Part shown: piece by piece, positions 1 to 9,278 of the stretch
How the letters are laid out: every line of letters starts with the position of its first letter
Numbering within the stretch: the first letter of the stretch is position 1
From: a bacterium
GTDB lineage: Bacteria > Hinthialibacterota > Hinthialibacteria > Hinthialibacterales > Hinthialibacteraceae
DNA length: 64,000 nt
Reading direction: 5' to 3'
Assembly: GCA_963663405.2 (NCBI GenBank)
Contig: CAXXSM010000025.1
Coordinates: 36,347 to 100,346, forward strand
Notes under the pieces: generated by a model
The model's database searches: none
Seen by the model: only the letters and a program-made list of their open reading frames with translations
What the model was told of the DNA's origin: nothing
Made by a program: the position numbers and the translations under genes

Positions 1-609
1 TATATTGTTGTCAATGAAGGAGGGTATGGATTCTCTATCCTATCCGCCGAATTATCTCCTTCACAAAAATATGCCGGAGGGATAATTCTGTATTATGATG
101 ATTATACGCATGGTACAATAATGTCATTATGGGATGCAAAAACTGGTAATGTAATCTATCGCGAGTATCCAGCCGATCCGTTTCTTTATGAGAGCGATTT
201 TGATTGGATTTATAATAGTAAATTCGAGCCTGAAGTAATCGATTTACACTTCACTCCAGATGAAAATTATTTGATAACACGAGAATTTTGGGATTTTCAC
301 CGTGGCGGTAGTACGCCAGTAGCAAGAGCAAGAATGCTTGATTTAAGGAAATGGGAATTTATAACTGTTGACCGCGACGTAGCCTTCATTTCCGACATGC
401 GTTATATGGTGACCGAGCGCGATGGATTGCCTTCGCTGGTGGAACTCGAATCTGATACTATCATTCATCAATACCAAATCGATTGCGCTATGACCGCCTG
501 CTGCTTCTCCCCTGACGACACACAAGTCTATATCACCACTATCATAAACAAACTCCACATCTTCGATAGCGGCCTGCAATCAACAGCGCCGTGCTGGGAG
601 GTGTATTGA
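1..609 (+). CDS. Beta-propeller (WD40-like) protein, 5'-truncated by the window edge; paralog of 654..1709; ends in the W-motif (STAPCWEVY)
   Basis: Frame is open from base 1 (YIVVNEGGYGFS...). Propeller-like blades (CCFSPDDTQVYIT, LHIFD). Aligns with the next gene. Confidence 0.75.
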   Translation, partial: YIVVNEGGYGFSILSAELSPSQKYAGGIILYYDDYTHGTIMSLWDAKTGNVIYREYPADPFLYESDFDWIYNSKFEPEVIDLHFTPDENYLITREFWDFHRGGSTPVARARMLDLRKWEFITVDRDVAFISDMRYMVTERDGLPSLVELESDTIIHQYQIDCAMTACCFSPDDTQVYITTIINKLHIFDSGLQSTAPCWEVY

Positions 610-653
610 ACGAACGTACATTCCATTCATAGAGCGAATATTAGGAGTTTCTC

Positions 654-1709
654 ATGCAAAAACTTTTTTTGATTCCAATTATATTTACGATCATTTTTTC
701 GATCGATATTTCTGCACAAAATATAATACAGCCAATTGAGGTTCAAAGCCTTCCTACTCCGGAATTTCCTTTTCACCAACCAGATGATAAAACAGCAGTT
801 TACTTCTTAAATAACAATGATGAACACAATGTAGTGCAAATCTCATTCTATGTCACGATGTCTACGACAGACGGAACTATGCCATATACAATCGATTTTG
901 TCTATAGGAATTTAACTCGTTGGAATTTTGCTGAACAAAAAGTGCTATCTTCCGAAACGGATAGACTATTTTTATTGATGGGTGAATCAAAAGAAGATAC
1001 AAATATTGAAGAAATTTTAAGAGTCAGTAATGTGGAGCATAACGCAGATTCTATATTCATTGATGATGAGAAAATACTATTAGAGAATTCGTATGCGTAT
1101 GCGCAATCACAAGGTGGCGAATATGATGAATATGGCTTTTATCTTAAAGATACGTTCTTATCTCCATCAAAAATAATTCTGGGAGGACTGATTGGCTACT
1201 ACGATACCCAAATAGATGGAACAATTCTTGGTTTGTGGAATCCTCACGATGGTAAGGCAATATATCGAGAAATTCCTGTGGAGCCATTTCCATTCCTGGG
1301 TTCCTCGGAGATTTATAACATGAGAGTTTGTCCGCGAACCATTGAATTGGATTTTTCTATCGATGAGCGTTTCTTTTTCATACGTGAATTTCACGGTTGG
1401 TATGATGAAATACCTATCCCGAGTGTTAAATTATTGGATTGTGATACGTCTCAACTCTGGGACGCCGACAAGGACGTCGCTTTCAGTTCCGACATGCGCT
1501 ACCTGGTGACCGAACGCGATGGACTGCCTTCGCTGGTGGATATCGAATCCAATACTATCATTCACCAATATCAAGTCGAATACCCCATGACCGCCTGCTG
1601 CTTCTCCCCTGACGAAAGTCAGGTCTATATCACTACTATCATAAACGAACTCCACATCTTCGACACAGGAATTGAATCAAACGCAACAAATTGGGAGCGG
1701 ATTAAATAA
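654..1709 (+). CDS. Secreted beta-propeller (WD40-like) protein; C-terminus SNATNWERIK
   Basis: AGGAG RBS; signal peptide MQKLFLIPIIFTIIFSIDISA|Q; blades DVAFSSDMRYLVT and CCFSPDESQVYIT. Confidence 0.8.
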   Translation: MQKLFLIPIIFTIIFSIDISAQNIIQPIEVQSLPTPEFPFHQPDDKTAVYFLNNNDEHNVVQISFYVTMSTTDGTMPYTIDFVYRNLTRWNFAEQKVLSSETDRLFLLMGESKEDTNIEEILRVSNVEHNADSIFIDDEKILLENSYAYAQSQGGEYDEYGFYLKDTFLSPSKIILGGLIGYYDTQIDGTILGLWNPHDGKAIYREIPVEPFPFLGSSEIYNMRVCPRTIELDFSIDERFFFIREFHGWYDEIPIPSVKLLDCDTSQLWDADKDVAFSSDMRYLVTERDGLPSLVDIESNTIIHQYQVEYPMTACCFSPDESQVYITTIINELHIFDTGIESNATNWERIK

Positions 1710-1727
1710 GGCGTCACATACAGACAA

Positions 1728-1764
1728 GCAGGGTGGGCTACGCTTCGCTTTTAGCCCACCCTAC
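1728..1764. repeat. REP-like palindrome (GTAG-type) between convergent genes
   Basis: AGGGTGGGCTA-N11-TAGCCCACCCT stem; the minus strand begins GTAGGGTGGGCT. Confidence 0.65.
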
Positions 1765-1819
1765 TACATTTCTACTAAAAAGCTCAATCAATGATCGCTC
1801 AAAGAATAGAGCGGAATAA

Positions 1820-2851
1820 TCAATAAAGATCCCAACCTTCAACCGCTGTTGGTTCCGGAACAAGCGCGTGATCGAACAACTGGGTCGCGAGACCATCCGC
1901 GTCCCCAAAGTTTTCCAATCCAACGATGGGCAATTCCTGAGGAACCGGCAATTCATCCAACTGAGTTGAATCATAAATAAAGATGATGCTTTTACTGCCG
2001 CTCGGTCCATTGTGATTGGTCGCGATAAACCGTTCGGAACCGTCTTCAATCAACGTAAAGTTCCATACGCCTCCCAAACCATCCAAGGAGAAATCAAACG
2101 TGCCGAGAACCGTTCCTTCCATGCTGATTCGGTCCACCGTCCCGGTTCCTGGAATCGCGAGCAATTCATTGGAATCTTCTAAATAAGCGAGAGAACGATA
2201 GGCTTTTTCCGTGGGGATGGAATCGACCGCCGCGCCGCCTTCCTCCGTATAAATGTTAATTCGATTATCCACTTCGCTAGGGATTAAAATACGCCCGTCA
2301 GGAAGCGTTAGGGCTTTTCCACTACCCCCATTGCCGTTACTCTGCAGTGTTTCCGTCACGTCAAATAATGTGGTTTCCACGATATCACTACCGGAAAAAC
2401 GAAACCGGAAACTATGAGAGGGAGGCGGAGGCTCGTTGCTCATGACGAATACTTCATTCGGAGCGTAACTGCTGACCCAGGTGCCTTTAGTGATCTCCAC
2501 CGGCAATACAAAGAAATCCTGTGCGCCATCGGTTAGAATCCGCAATATCTCTCCCCGGCCTTGAGGTTGCGCTACCTGCTCAGTGGCTGACAACGGCACG
2601 CTCGTAATCCCCACGTAACAGGTCCCATTCGGATCGAACGCGACGCCTAAAGGCCGGCGGCGGCTTGTGTCACCTAAATCCCACCGTACGACTTGGACAA
2701 CCGCCGCTTCAGTCTCACCCAGAGACACTTCTATCAGCATGTCATCACTGGCGTCAACGAGGACTAGATTTCCGGGTGTGAACGGATCCGCAGAGACGAA
2801 TTGAACACTTAAAACGATGAAAAAGATTGTAAGACATGATACGAATCGCAT
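1820..2851 (-). CDS. Secreted NHL/beta-propeller-like protein; C-terminus VPEPTAVEGWDLY
   Basis: Signal peptide MRFVSCLTIFFIVLSVQFVSA|D; NHL-like RPLGVAFDPNGTCYV; GGGAG RBS. Confidence 0.8.
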   Translation of the reverse strand: MRFVSCLTIFFIVLSVQFVSADPFTPGNLVLVDASDDMLIEVSLGETEAAVVQVVRWDLGDTSRRRPLGVAFDPNGTCYVGITSVPLSATEQVAQPQGRGEILRILTDGAQDFFVLPVEITKGTWVSSYAPNEVFVMSNEPPPPSHSFRFRFSGSDIVETTLFDVTETLQSNGNGGSGKALTLPDGRILIPSEVDNRINIYTEEGGAAVDSIPTEKAYRSLAYLEDSNELLAIPGTGTVDRISMEGTVLGTFDFSLDGLGGVWNFTLIEDGSERFIATNHNGPSGSKSIIFIYDSTQLDELPVPQELPIVGLENFGDADGLATQLFDHALVPEPTAVEGWDLY

Positions 2852-3031
2852 ACTTCATTGACTCCCTTACTCATTTTTTAGCCGTTACATCATATATAAC
2901 GCTTTACTAATATTCTAATAATTATTTAATAAAGAATAAAGTGCCTTATAAAATCTCAATTAAGGTTTCGGTATAGGGATAAAAAAGCGAAACGTCATTG
3001 AGCCGCCACACGCATTCGCAGGGAAGAAATT

Positions 3032-3062
3032 AAAACGGGCGCCATATCGAACGGCTCCCGTT
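3032..3062 (-). terminator. Probable intrinsic terminator of the Hmc-like operon
   Basis: Minus strand AACGGGAGCC-loop-GGCGCCCGTT followed by a T-rich tract, 80 nt past the stop at 3142. Confidence 0.55.
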
Positions 3063-3141
3063 GATGTTATTACATAGTAGTATTGTTTGCGATTATCAGA
3101 GTTAGTAAATCGCTCAGACTTTTGCTTTCCTCATCCTATAT

Positions 3142-3549
3142 TTACGCGCCCAAGACTTTCGCCACTGTTTCAATCAACAATTCTGAACTGACAGGTTTGA
3201 CGAGATAGGCTTCCGGTTCCCTGATGATTTTGATTTTCTTGAAGAGATCTTTGTGGCTGTACATCTGATTTGTCGCCTTATCAACTCCGGTAATGACAAC
3301 AATTGGAATATCCTTGTATTCCTCTGATTTACGCAGTTCTCCTAACAGGCTGACCCCGGTCCGGTTAGGCATGATTAAATCCAACGTGATCAAGTCCGGC
3401 TGTTTCGTATGAATCGACGCCATCGCCGTTTCCGCATCGGGCGCGACTGTCACTTCATATCCCGCGTCTTCCAGCGCCAGTTTGAAAAAATCATATACAT
3501 CACTTTCGTCTTCTATCACTAATATTGATTTGCCGCTCTGATCAGACAT
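3142..3549 (-). CDS. Single-domain response regulator (receiver)
   Basis: ILVIEDE, ITLDLIMP (phospho-Asp), VVITG, YLVKP. Confidence 0.92.
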   Translation of the reverse strand: MSDQSGKSILVIEDESDVYDFFKLALEDAGYEVTVAPDAETAMASIHTKQPDLITLDLIMPNRTGVSLLGELRKSEEYKDIPIVVITGVDKATNQMYSHKDLFKKIKIIREPEAYLVKPVSSELLIETVAKVLGA

Positions 3550-3586
3550 GATTGTCGCTCGCTTTCTTTATCCAATTGTTTTTCGC

Positions 3587-4099
3587 TCAATCCGATTGCA
3601 GCAGGCGTTTTATTTTTTCTAACGTTTCTCCATCAGCGGAGTCGATCATTTTTTTAAGATCGTCTTTGGAAGGAACGCTTGGTTCTCCGGCCGGGGTTTC
3701 CAAAGGCTCCATGTGTAGAATCCGCCGCACGGCGTTGATGTATTCCTTCGGTTTTACCGGTTTCTCCAAATAGACGCCCGGCCCGGACATCGTCAGTTCT
3801 TCCAGGTCGGCGCGGCCAAGATCGTCACGAGCATGACCGGTGACCACAAGAACCGGGATATGCGCCCATTCTCGTTTTTTCTTCATTTCACGCACGAATT
3901 TGACTCCCGATCCTTTCGGCATCACAACATCCAGGGAGATTAAATCCGGCGTCACATTCTCCAGTTTCTCCAGCGCTTCCACTCCGCTGGACGCCGTCTC
4001 GACGCGAAAGCCTCCATCTTCCAGAGCCATGGAGAGAAACTGCACCACTTCTTCTTCATCATCCACTACAAGCACGGTTTTCTGTTCATTTTCTATCAC
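3587..4099 (-). CDS. Response regulator receiver protein with a short C-terminal extension
   Basis: VLVVDDE, ISLDVVMP, LVVTG, YLEKP. Confidence 0.92.
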   Translation of the reverse strand: MIENEQKTVLVVDDEEEVVQFLSMALEDGGFRVETASSGVEALEKLENVTPDLISLDVVMPKGSGVKFVREMKKKREWAHIPVLVVTGHARDDLGRADLEELTMSGPGVYLEKPVKPKEYINAVRRILHMEPLETPAGEPSVPSKDDLKKMIDSADGETLEKIKRLLQSD

Positions 4100-5904
4100 A
4101 ATTCACCTCCATCATTTTTACTAAGCGCTGGAAGCCGGTTCCGTGGGAATTCCAGATGAAACACGGTTCCCCGGCTCGGTTCAGAATCGAGCGAAATCTT
4201 CCCTCCGTGTTCCTGAATAATTTTCCGGGTCGTCAAAAGGCCCAATCCCGTTCCCCCTCCACCTTTGGTGGTGAAGAAAGTTGTGAACACACGGCGTTTG
4301 ACTTCGTACTCCATCCCCATACCGTCATCCTTCACATCAATGCGGATCACACCCTCCGAGTCCCGTGTCTGAATTGAGACGGAACGTTCCGGTTTCTCGC
4401 TCATCACACAGGCGTCGATGGCGTTCGAGAGCAAATTCGTCAAGCATGTATGAATGCCGCTGGGATCGAACGGAGCCGGCTGCATACCGGGATCCAGATC
4501 ACAACGTAATTGCACATTATGCTTCTCCGCCACATCCTGGTACAGAGTCACCACTTCCTCCGCTAAATCATTCACATTCAGCAGTTGGGTTTCGGGCAAC
4601 CGCCCTTTTGAAAAACTGAGAAAGTCCTTTACGAGTCTCGTGATTTTATTGAAATTCTTTTCCAACACAGGCCAGCCCTGCTGAACCCGTTCTTTATTGC
4701 CTCTCTCGACGCCGGACCGGACGGCGTACATCCCCCCCTCCAGCGCTTGAAGAACATTCTTCACACTATGCGCCAATCCGGCGACGGTTTCTCCTACCGC
4801 GCCCAACCGTTCCGCTTCGAGTTTCTCCGCCTCCAGTTTCTTCCGGTTCCGTAAATCCTGAAGAAACACCGCGCAGCCATAGGGGCGGTCCCCACTCTTA
4901 AAGGTTACACCACTGAGGCGCACAGGGATCTTCTCTCCTGTGCTGGAGATCACTATCGTTTCGTCAAAATAGCAATCCTCCCGTTTCCCTTCAAGGATCT
5001 CCTGGAACGCTTCCGGAAACATACTAGATTTAATCGCTCCCGAAAATGCTTCTCCGGCCGAACAGCCCAAGATTCGTTCCGCCGTGGGATTGAAGATGGA
5101 CAGGCGCCGATTTTCATCAAACGCCATGATGCCATTGATGGAATGACTGATGATACTTTCCTCCAGCGCGCTGGCCTTCTTCAGTTGACGCTCCAATCGC
5201 CGGAGATCGGTAATATCCATCGACATTTCAATCACATGGGTGATTTCTTTATCACTCTGGGTCAATGGAGCGGCGGTCACAATATACCGCGTTCGTTCTC
5301 CGTCTTTCGAGAGTCCCACATGCTCAGCCGTATGAACGTGACCATCCCGAAACGCCAAAAGCGCGGGGCAATGATGACATCGGCGGTCGCGCTGTTTATA
5401 GACTTCATAACAGAACCGGCCTTCTCCATTGCCGAACGTCTCCTTCTGCTTCTCGTTCGCCAGCACGACCCGAAGATTCCGGTCGAGTATCTGGACATAA
5501 CACGGCGCGCGGTCAAACAGAACACGTCCGGCATGATGCAACTCACTCGATTCGGTCACGTCCGTTGAATATTCAACGACATGCGAGATCGAGCCATCTT
5601 CATCCTTGATCGCATGTGTGTTGACTATGTAATAACAGAATTTTCCTTCCCTGTCGACACCTACTTCTTCTTTTGTCCGTGGTTTCCCGTCCTGGAACGT
5701 TGCCATCGCAGGACAGGAGGCGCATGGTTCGTCGCATCGTTTGTACGTTTGATAACATAAACGATCCTTCCACGGGCCAAACTTATTGGAAAAACTTTGA
5801 TTCGCTTCCACAATGTTAAAATTGCGGTCAATGACCGCAATTGTAACAGGCGCGTGGTGGAACGCATTGGTATGAAACCAGCGATTCTGTTCAGTTAAAT
5901 TCAT
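4096..5904 (-). CDS. Cytoplasmic multi-PAS sensor histidine kinase
   Basis: Three PAS-like domains; H-box AGLAHSVKN; N-box NLLSNAIDA; DDGMG, FFTTK, GTGLGL. Confidence 0.93.
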   Translation of the reverse strand: MNLTEQNRWFHTNAFHHAPVTIAVIDRNFNIVEANQSFSNKFGPWKDRLCYQTYKRCDEPCASCPAMATFQDGKPRTKEEVGVDREGKFCYYIVNTHAIKDEDGSISHVVEYSTDVTESSELHHAGRVLFDRAPCYVQILDRNLRVVLANEKQKETFGNGEGRFCYEVYKQRDRRCHHCPALLAFRDGHVHTAEHVGLSKDGERTRYIVTAAPLTQSDKEITHVIEMSMDITDLRRLERQLKKASALEESIISHSINGIMAFDENRRLSIFNPTAERILGCSAGEAFSGAIKSSMFPEAFQEILEGKREDCYFDETIVISSTGEKIPVRLSGVTFKSGDRPYGCAVFLQDLRNRKKLEAEKLEAERLGAVGETVAGLAHSVKNVLQALEGGMYAVRSGVERGNKERVQQGWPVLEKNFNKITRLVKDFLSFSKGRLPETQLLNVNDLAEEVVTLYQDVAEKHNVQLRCDLDPGMQPAPFDPSGIHTCLTNLLSNAIDACVMSEKPERSVSIQTRDSEGVIRIDVKDDGMGMEYEVKRRVFTTFFTTKGGGGTGLGLLTTRKIIQEHGGKISLDSEPSRGTVFHLEFPRNRLPALSKNDGGEL

Positions 5905-5909
5905 TATCC

Positions 5910-7767
5910 CTACTTCACAGGTGTTTTGTCGATTCGCTCCGCATCCAATTCAATTATTGAATCGGACGGCGGATTCGTATGACATGTTTTGCACTGATCC
6001 AAATCCGGTTTGTTCATCATCTGTTTTTGTTCCGTATGGCAAGTGATACACAATCCGTGCATGGCTTCGTAATAGCCGCGCGCCATGTAATTCAACGGTT
6101 TGGACGAATTGAAATTTTTAAACAATTCCAGATGACATTCCGCGCACGCTTTCGCCGTTTGCTTCGACTTCGACTGATTCGCGGGATGGCATTGAACGCA
6201 GGAAGAATTCCCATTTAACTTCTCGACATGGAAATCGTGATCGAAAATGGAACGGGATTGATACATATCGGAATGGCACGACGCGCAATCACTCGGACCG
6301 TCTTTGGGCAGGCTGGTGTGATGACACTTAACACAGCCTTTCTTCTCTCCAAAGAGTCCATTTAAAAGATATTCGTGCTTTTTGTGATCGAATAAAACAA
6401 ATTCACCGGCGCGGTTGCCATCAATTCTCAACAGATCCCAACCCAAGGCTTCTTTCACGGGAACGTCTTTAGCGCGGTATCCGGAAATCGCCGTTTCCGG
6501 CAAAAACGCGGCCGCGGCGCCGATCACAAGCACAGAGATTATCGAGAACACACTGGCGTTCTTCCAAAAATTATCCCCAAGCCAAACGACGGATGTGGGA
6601 TCAAACACCGGCGCTCCATATTTACGTTCTTCTTCGCTGGGAGCTTCGTGTGGTTCGTCAATAAACAGTTTGAAATTCTCCGCGCAGAAGATATAAACCA
6701 GCGCCATGCCGCTCACCAGCGCTACACTGATCATGATCTCCATCCACGAGGGGAAATACGCCACTCCCGGCGATTTCTGTATTGCGATAAGGCCAACATC
6801 GAACCGGTTCAACACAATCCCAAACACAACCATAATGGAACAGGCCAGAAGCACATCCAACCGCTCCCGCAGCGAACGAAAAGAAAGCAGAATCGCGGGA
6901 TCAAAGCGCTGACCAGGATCTCAAATGTGAATTGCAGGCTCTGCCAGGAATTACTAAACAGGTATCCCAACTGTCCCCGCACGGTGAGATCAATCATGCG
7001 GATCGCGAGATAGACAAACAACACCACTGATGCAGCTTTTCCCAGACCGCCAAGTAGTTCTTTCTTCGCTTTATGACCGAACAGCCAACTGGAGACGAAA
7101 GATTCTAATGTGACCATCATCAACCCCAATCCAATCGCTGTTACAAAGAACAATAGCGGAAGAATCGGCGTATACCAGAGCGGATGCAGCCGGTGGGGCA
7201 TAATGAGAAACAGAGAACCCAACGACGATTGATGCAACGTCGAAAGCACGATGCCCGCAATCACCAATGGAATCGTGAACCATTTGAGCAGCCGGTGGAT
7301 CGTTTGAAAGAGCGGATGCTGAAACCATTTATGCTCAAGTACAACAGGAGCGAACTCCAGCGCCAGCACGGTCAAGTACAGCATGACGCACCAGGCGACT
7401 TCAAACAGAACGGAATGATGCTGCCACAAGATCATGGCGTGCCAGATCCGCCACGGCAGCCCCAAGTCGAATAATAATCCGACAGCGACCGCGATATAGC
7501 CCAAAAACGCGGTCAACACGGCGGGCCGTAAAATCGGACGGTATTTTTCCAGATGAAAAATATACACCGTTCCGGCGATCAACAAAGCCCCCCGCCGCCA
7601 GGGCCACACCCCCCATCACATCGAAGACAATCCACAAGCCCCATGGAATGTCGTCGCTTAAGTTCGTCGTCGCGCCCAATCCCATCGAAAAAACGGGAGA
7701 TCGCCAGGACGACGCCTATCGAAACCAATGCCCACAGTATAGATTTAACCGTATTCAGCTTATTCAT
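5910..7767 (-). CDS. NrfD/HybB/HmcC-type membrane subunit fused to a C-terminal hexaheme cytochrome c3-like domain (split by about 3 indels)
   Basis: ORF pieces 7579..7767, 7401..7685, 6809..7609 and 5910..6860 join into one gene. NrfD motifs TNLSDDIPWGLWI, DLGLPWRIWH, SVLFEVAWC, STLHQSSLG. Six CxxCH motifs in the last piece. Confidence 0.85.
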
Positions 7768-8539
7768 GCTCAGTCCCTTGCGATTCGTTATCGTCTGTTT
7801 TCCCGAGTTTCATCCGCCGTTCAATAATCCAATAAGTAGCGGTCATCACACCCGCCATACCGAGGGCCACGGCGGGCACTTTGCTCAGCGCGGCCCAGGT
7901 TAATTCGGGCAGCGGTTGTTCACCCAGATCCGGCTTCCACGCCATAAATTCCAGCGGCACATCAGAGAGGTACATCACGGACGTTCCCCCGACTTCTGTC
8001 TCTCCAAACACTTTGTCAATATACCGGTCAGGATTCTCTTTGATGCGCCGCTTCGCCTCCGCGAGCAGCTCGTCCCGTTCCCCAAAGACGGTCGCTTCAT
8101 ATTGACAGGCGCCGGTACAGGCGGGCGTCCCCCCCTCTTTGACTTGCTCATAACACATCGTGCATTTTCTAATGTAAGGAATGGGGGAACTCCATTCGTA
8201 CCGTGGAATCCCGAACGGACACGCCATCATACAATACCGGCATCCGATACATTTTTCCGCATCGTATACGACCGGCCCTTCCGGCGTTGTATGAAGGGCG
8301 CCGACAATGCACGCCGACGCGCAGGCCGGTTCCAAACAATGCCGGCACTGCTTGCGGACAAACCGCTCTTTTCCTTCGCGTTCAATATGCAGTACGCTGG
8401 TAAACCGCTTGCCCGATAAGCCGTCACGCGTACGGTATTCCCGCTGCGGCTGTTTCGGCAAATCGTTCCGTTCTCCGCACGCTTTTACACATTCGCCGCA
8501 GCCGACGCATCGAGTGGTATCAGTTAATATGCCTTTCAT
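7760..8539 (-). CDS. HybA/HmcB-type 4Fe-4S dicluster protein with a C-terminal TM helix
   Basis: CVGCGECVKAC, CRHCLEPACASAC, CIGCRYCMMACP, KCTMC...PACTGAC; EVGGTSVMYLS; hydrophobic tail. Confidence 0.92.
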   Translation of the reverse strand: MKGILTDTTRCVGCGECVKACGERNDLPKQPQREYRTRDGLSGKRFTSVLHIEREGKERFVRKQCRHCLEPACASACIVGALHTTPEGPVVYDAEKCIGCRYCMMACPFGIPRYEWSSPIPYIRKCTMCYEQVKEGGTPACTGACQYEATVFGERDELLAEAKRRIKENPDRYIDKVFGETEVGGTSVMYLSDVPLEFMAWKPDLGEQPLPELTWAALSKVPAVALGMAGVMTATYWIIERRMKLGKTDDNESQGTEHE

Positions 8540-9238
8540 ATCGGTTTCTCCTCACCATGAACCTGAATCTCCACGTCGCGTCCCGCGTTGGGCGGGAATT
8601 TCCAGGCCAATTCCGACGTGATCCGGATAAACGGATACAACGCGCAATGCGCGAGCTTGGTAAATGGAGCCAAGAGCATGACAATGTTGCCCGCCATTAC
8701 ATGAATGAATAGAGTGGTTTCATAGGGCACGGGATTGTATGGCCGGGACGCGATATACCCCGTTCCGAAAATAATCAACAGCGCTACAAGCAGAAAATAA
8801 TCCATGAATCCGCTCACCTGCCGTGTCGCGCGTGTGAAGATCCGCAGGCCCAGCAGAATCACGCCCGCGATAAGGGCCATCACTGTCAGAAGGTCCGCGA
8901 GCAGTTTCGGAATCGCCGGCCATCCAAAGCCAATACCCTCCCTCCAAAGGTTGATGTGATCGAAAAGGAAGATCGGGACCAGTATCAGACCTATGTGCAA
9001 AAACGAATGATGAATAACTGGTCAAAGGCAGATTCCGGTGTAAACGGTGAACGGGAACAAGCCAGGAAAGAACGTTGAGAATCATTTTCCCATACTGGTT
9101 GTCACGGTCCCGCGCCCGGTAGATCATTTGCCCGATTCCCCAAATTGCGAACACGATATGCCGCAGCAATCCAAGGACCATCACAATAAAACAAAACCGG
9201 AAGAGCGGTCCGCGCGCAATCGTTAATAAATCCTCCAT
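8536..9238 (-). CDS. HmcE/DsrM/NarI-like cytochrome b membrane subunit (one indel near 9000)
   Basis: Pieces 8720..9238 and 8536..9000; ARGPLFRF start; heme His pairs (HIGL...DHI; IHV...KLAH). Confidence 0.82.
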
Positions 9239-9278
9239 ATCAAAACTCCTTTATCATCCGGCACAATACAGATTTGTC

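Noticed and set aside
370-1664. Diversity-generating retroelement TR/VR pair
   Set aside because: Differences between the repeats include many C/T synonymous changes rather than adenine-specific ones, both copies are coding, and no reverse transcriptase is present.
1820-1870. True PEP-CTERM sorting domain
   Set aside because: No TM helix or basic cluster follows VPEP.
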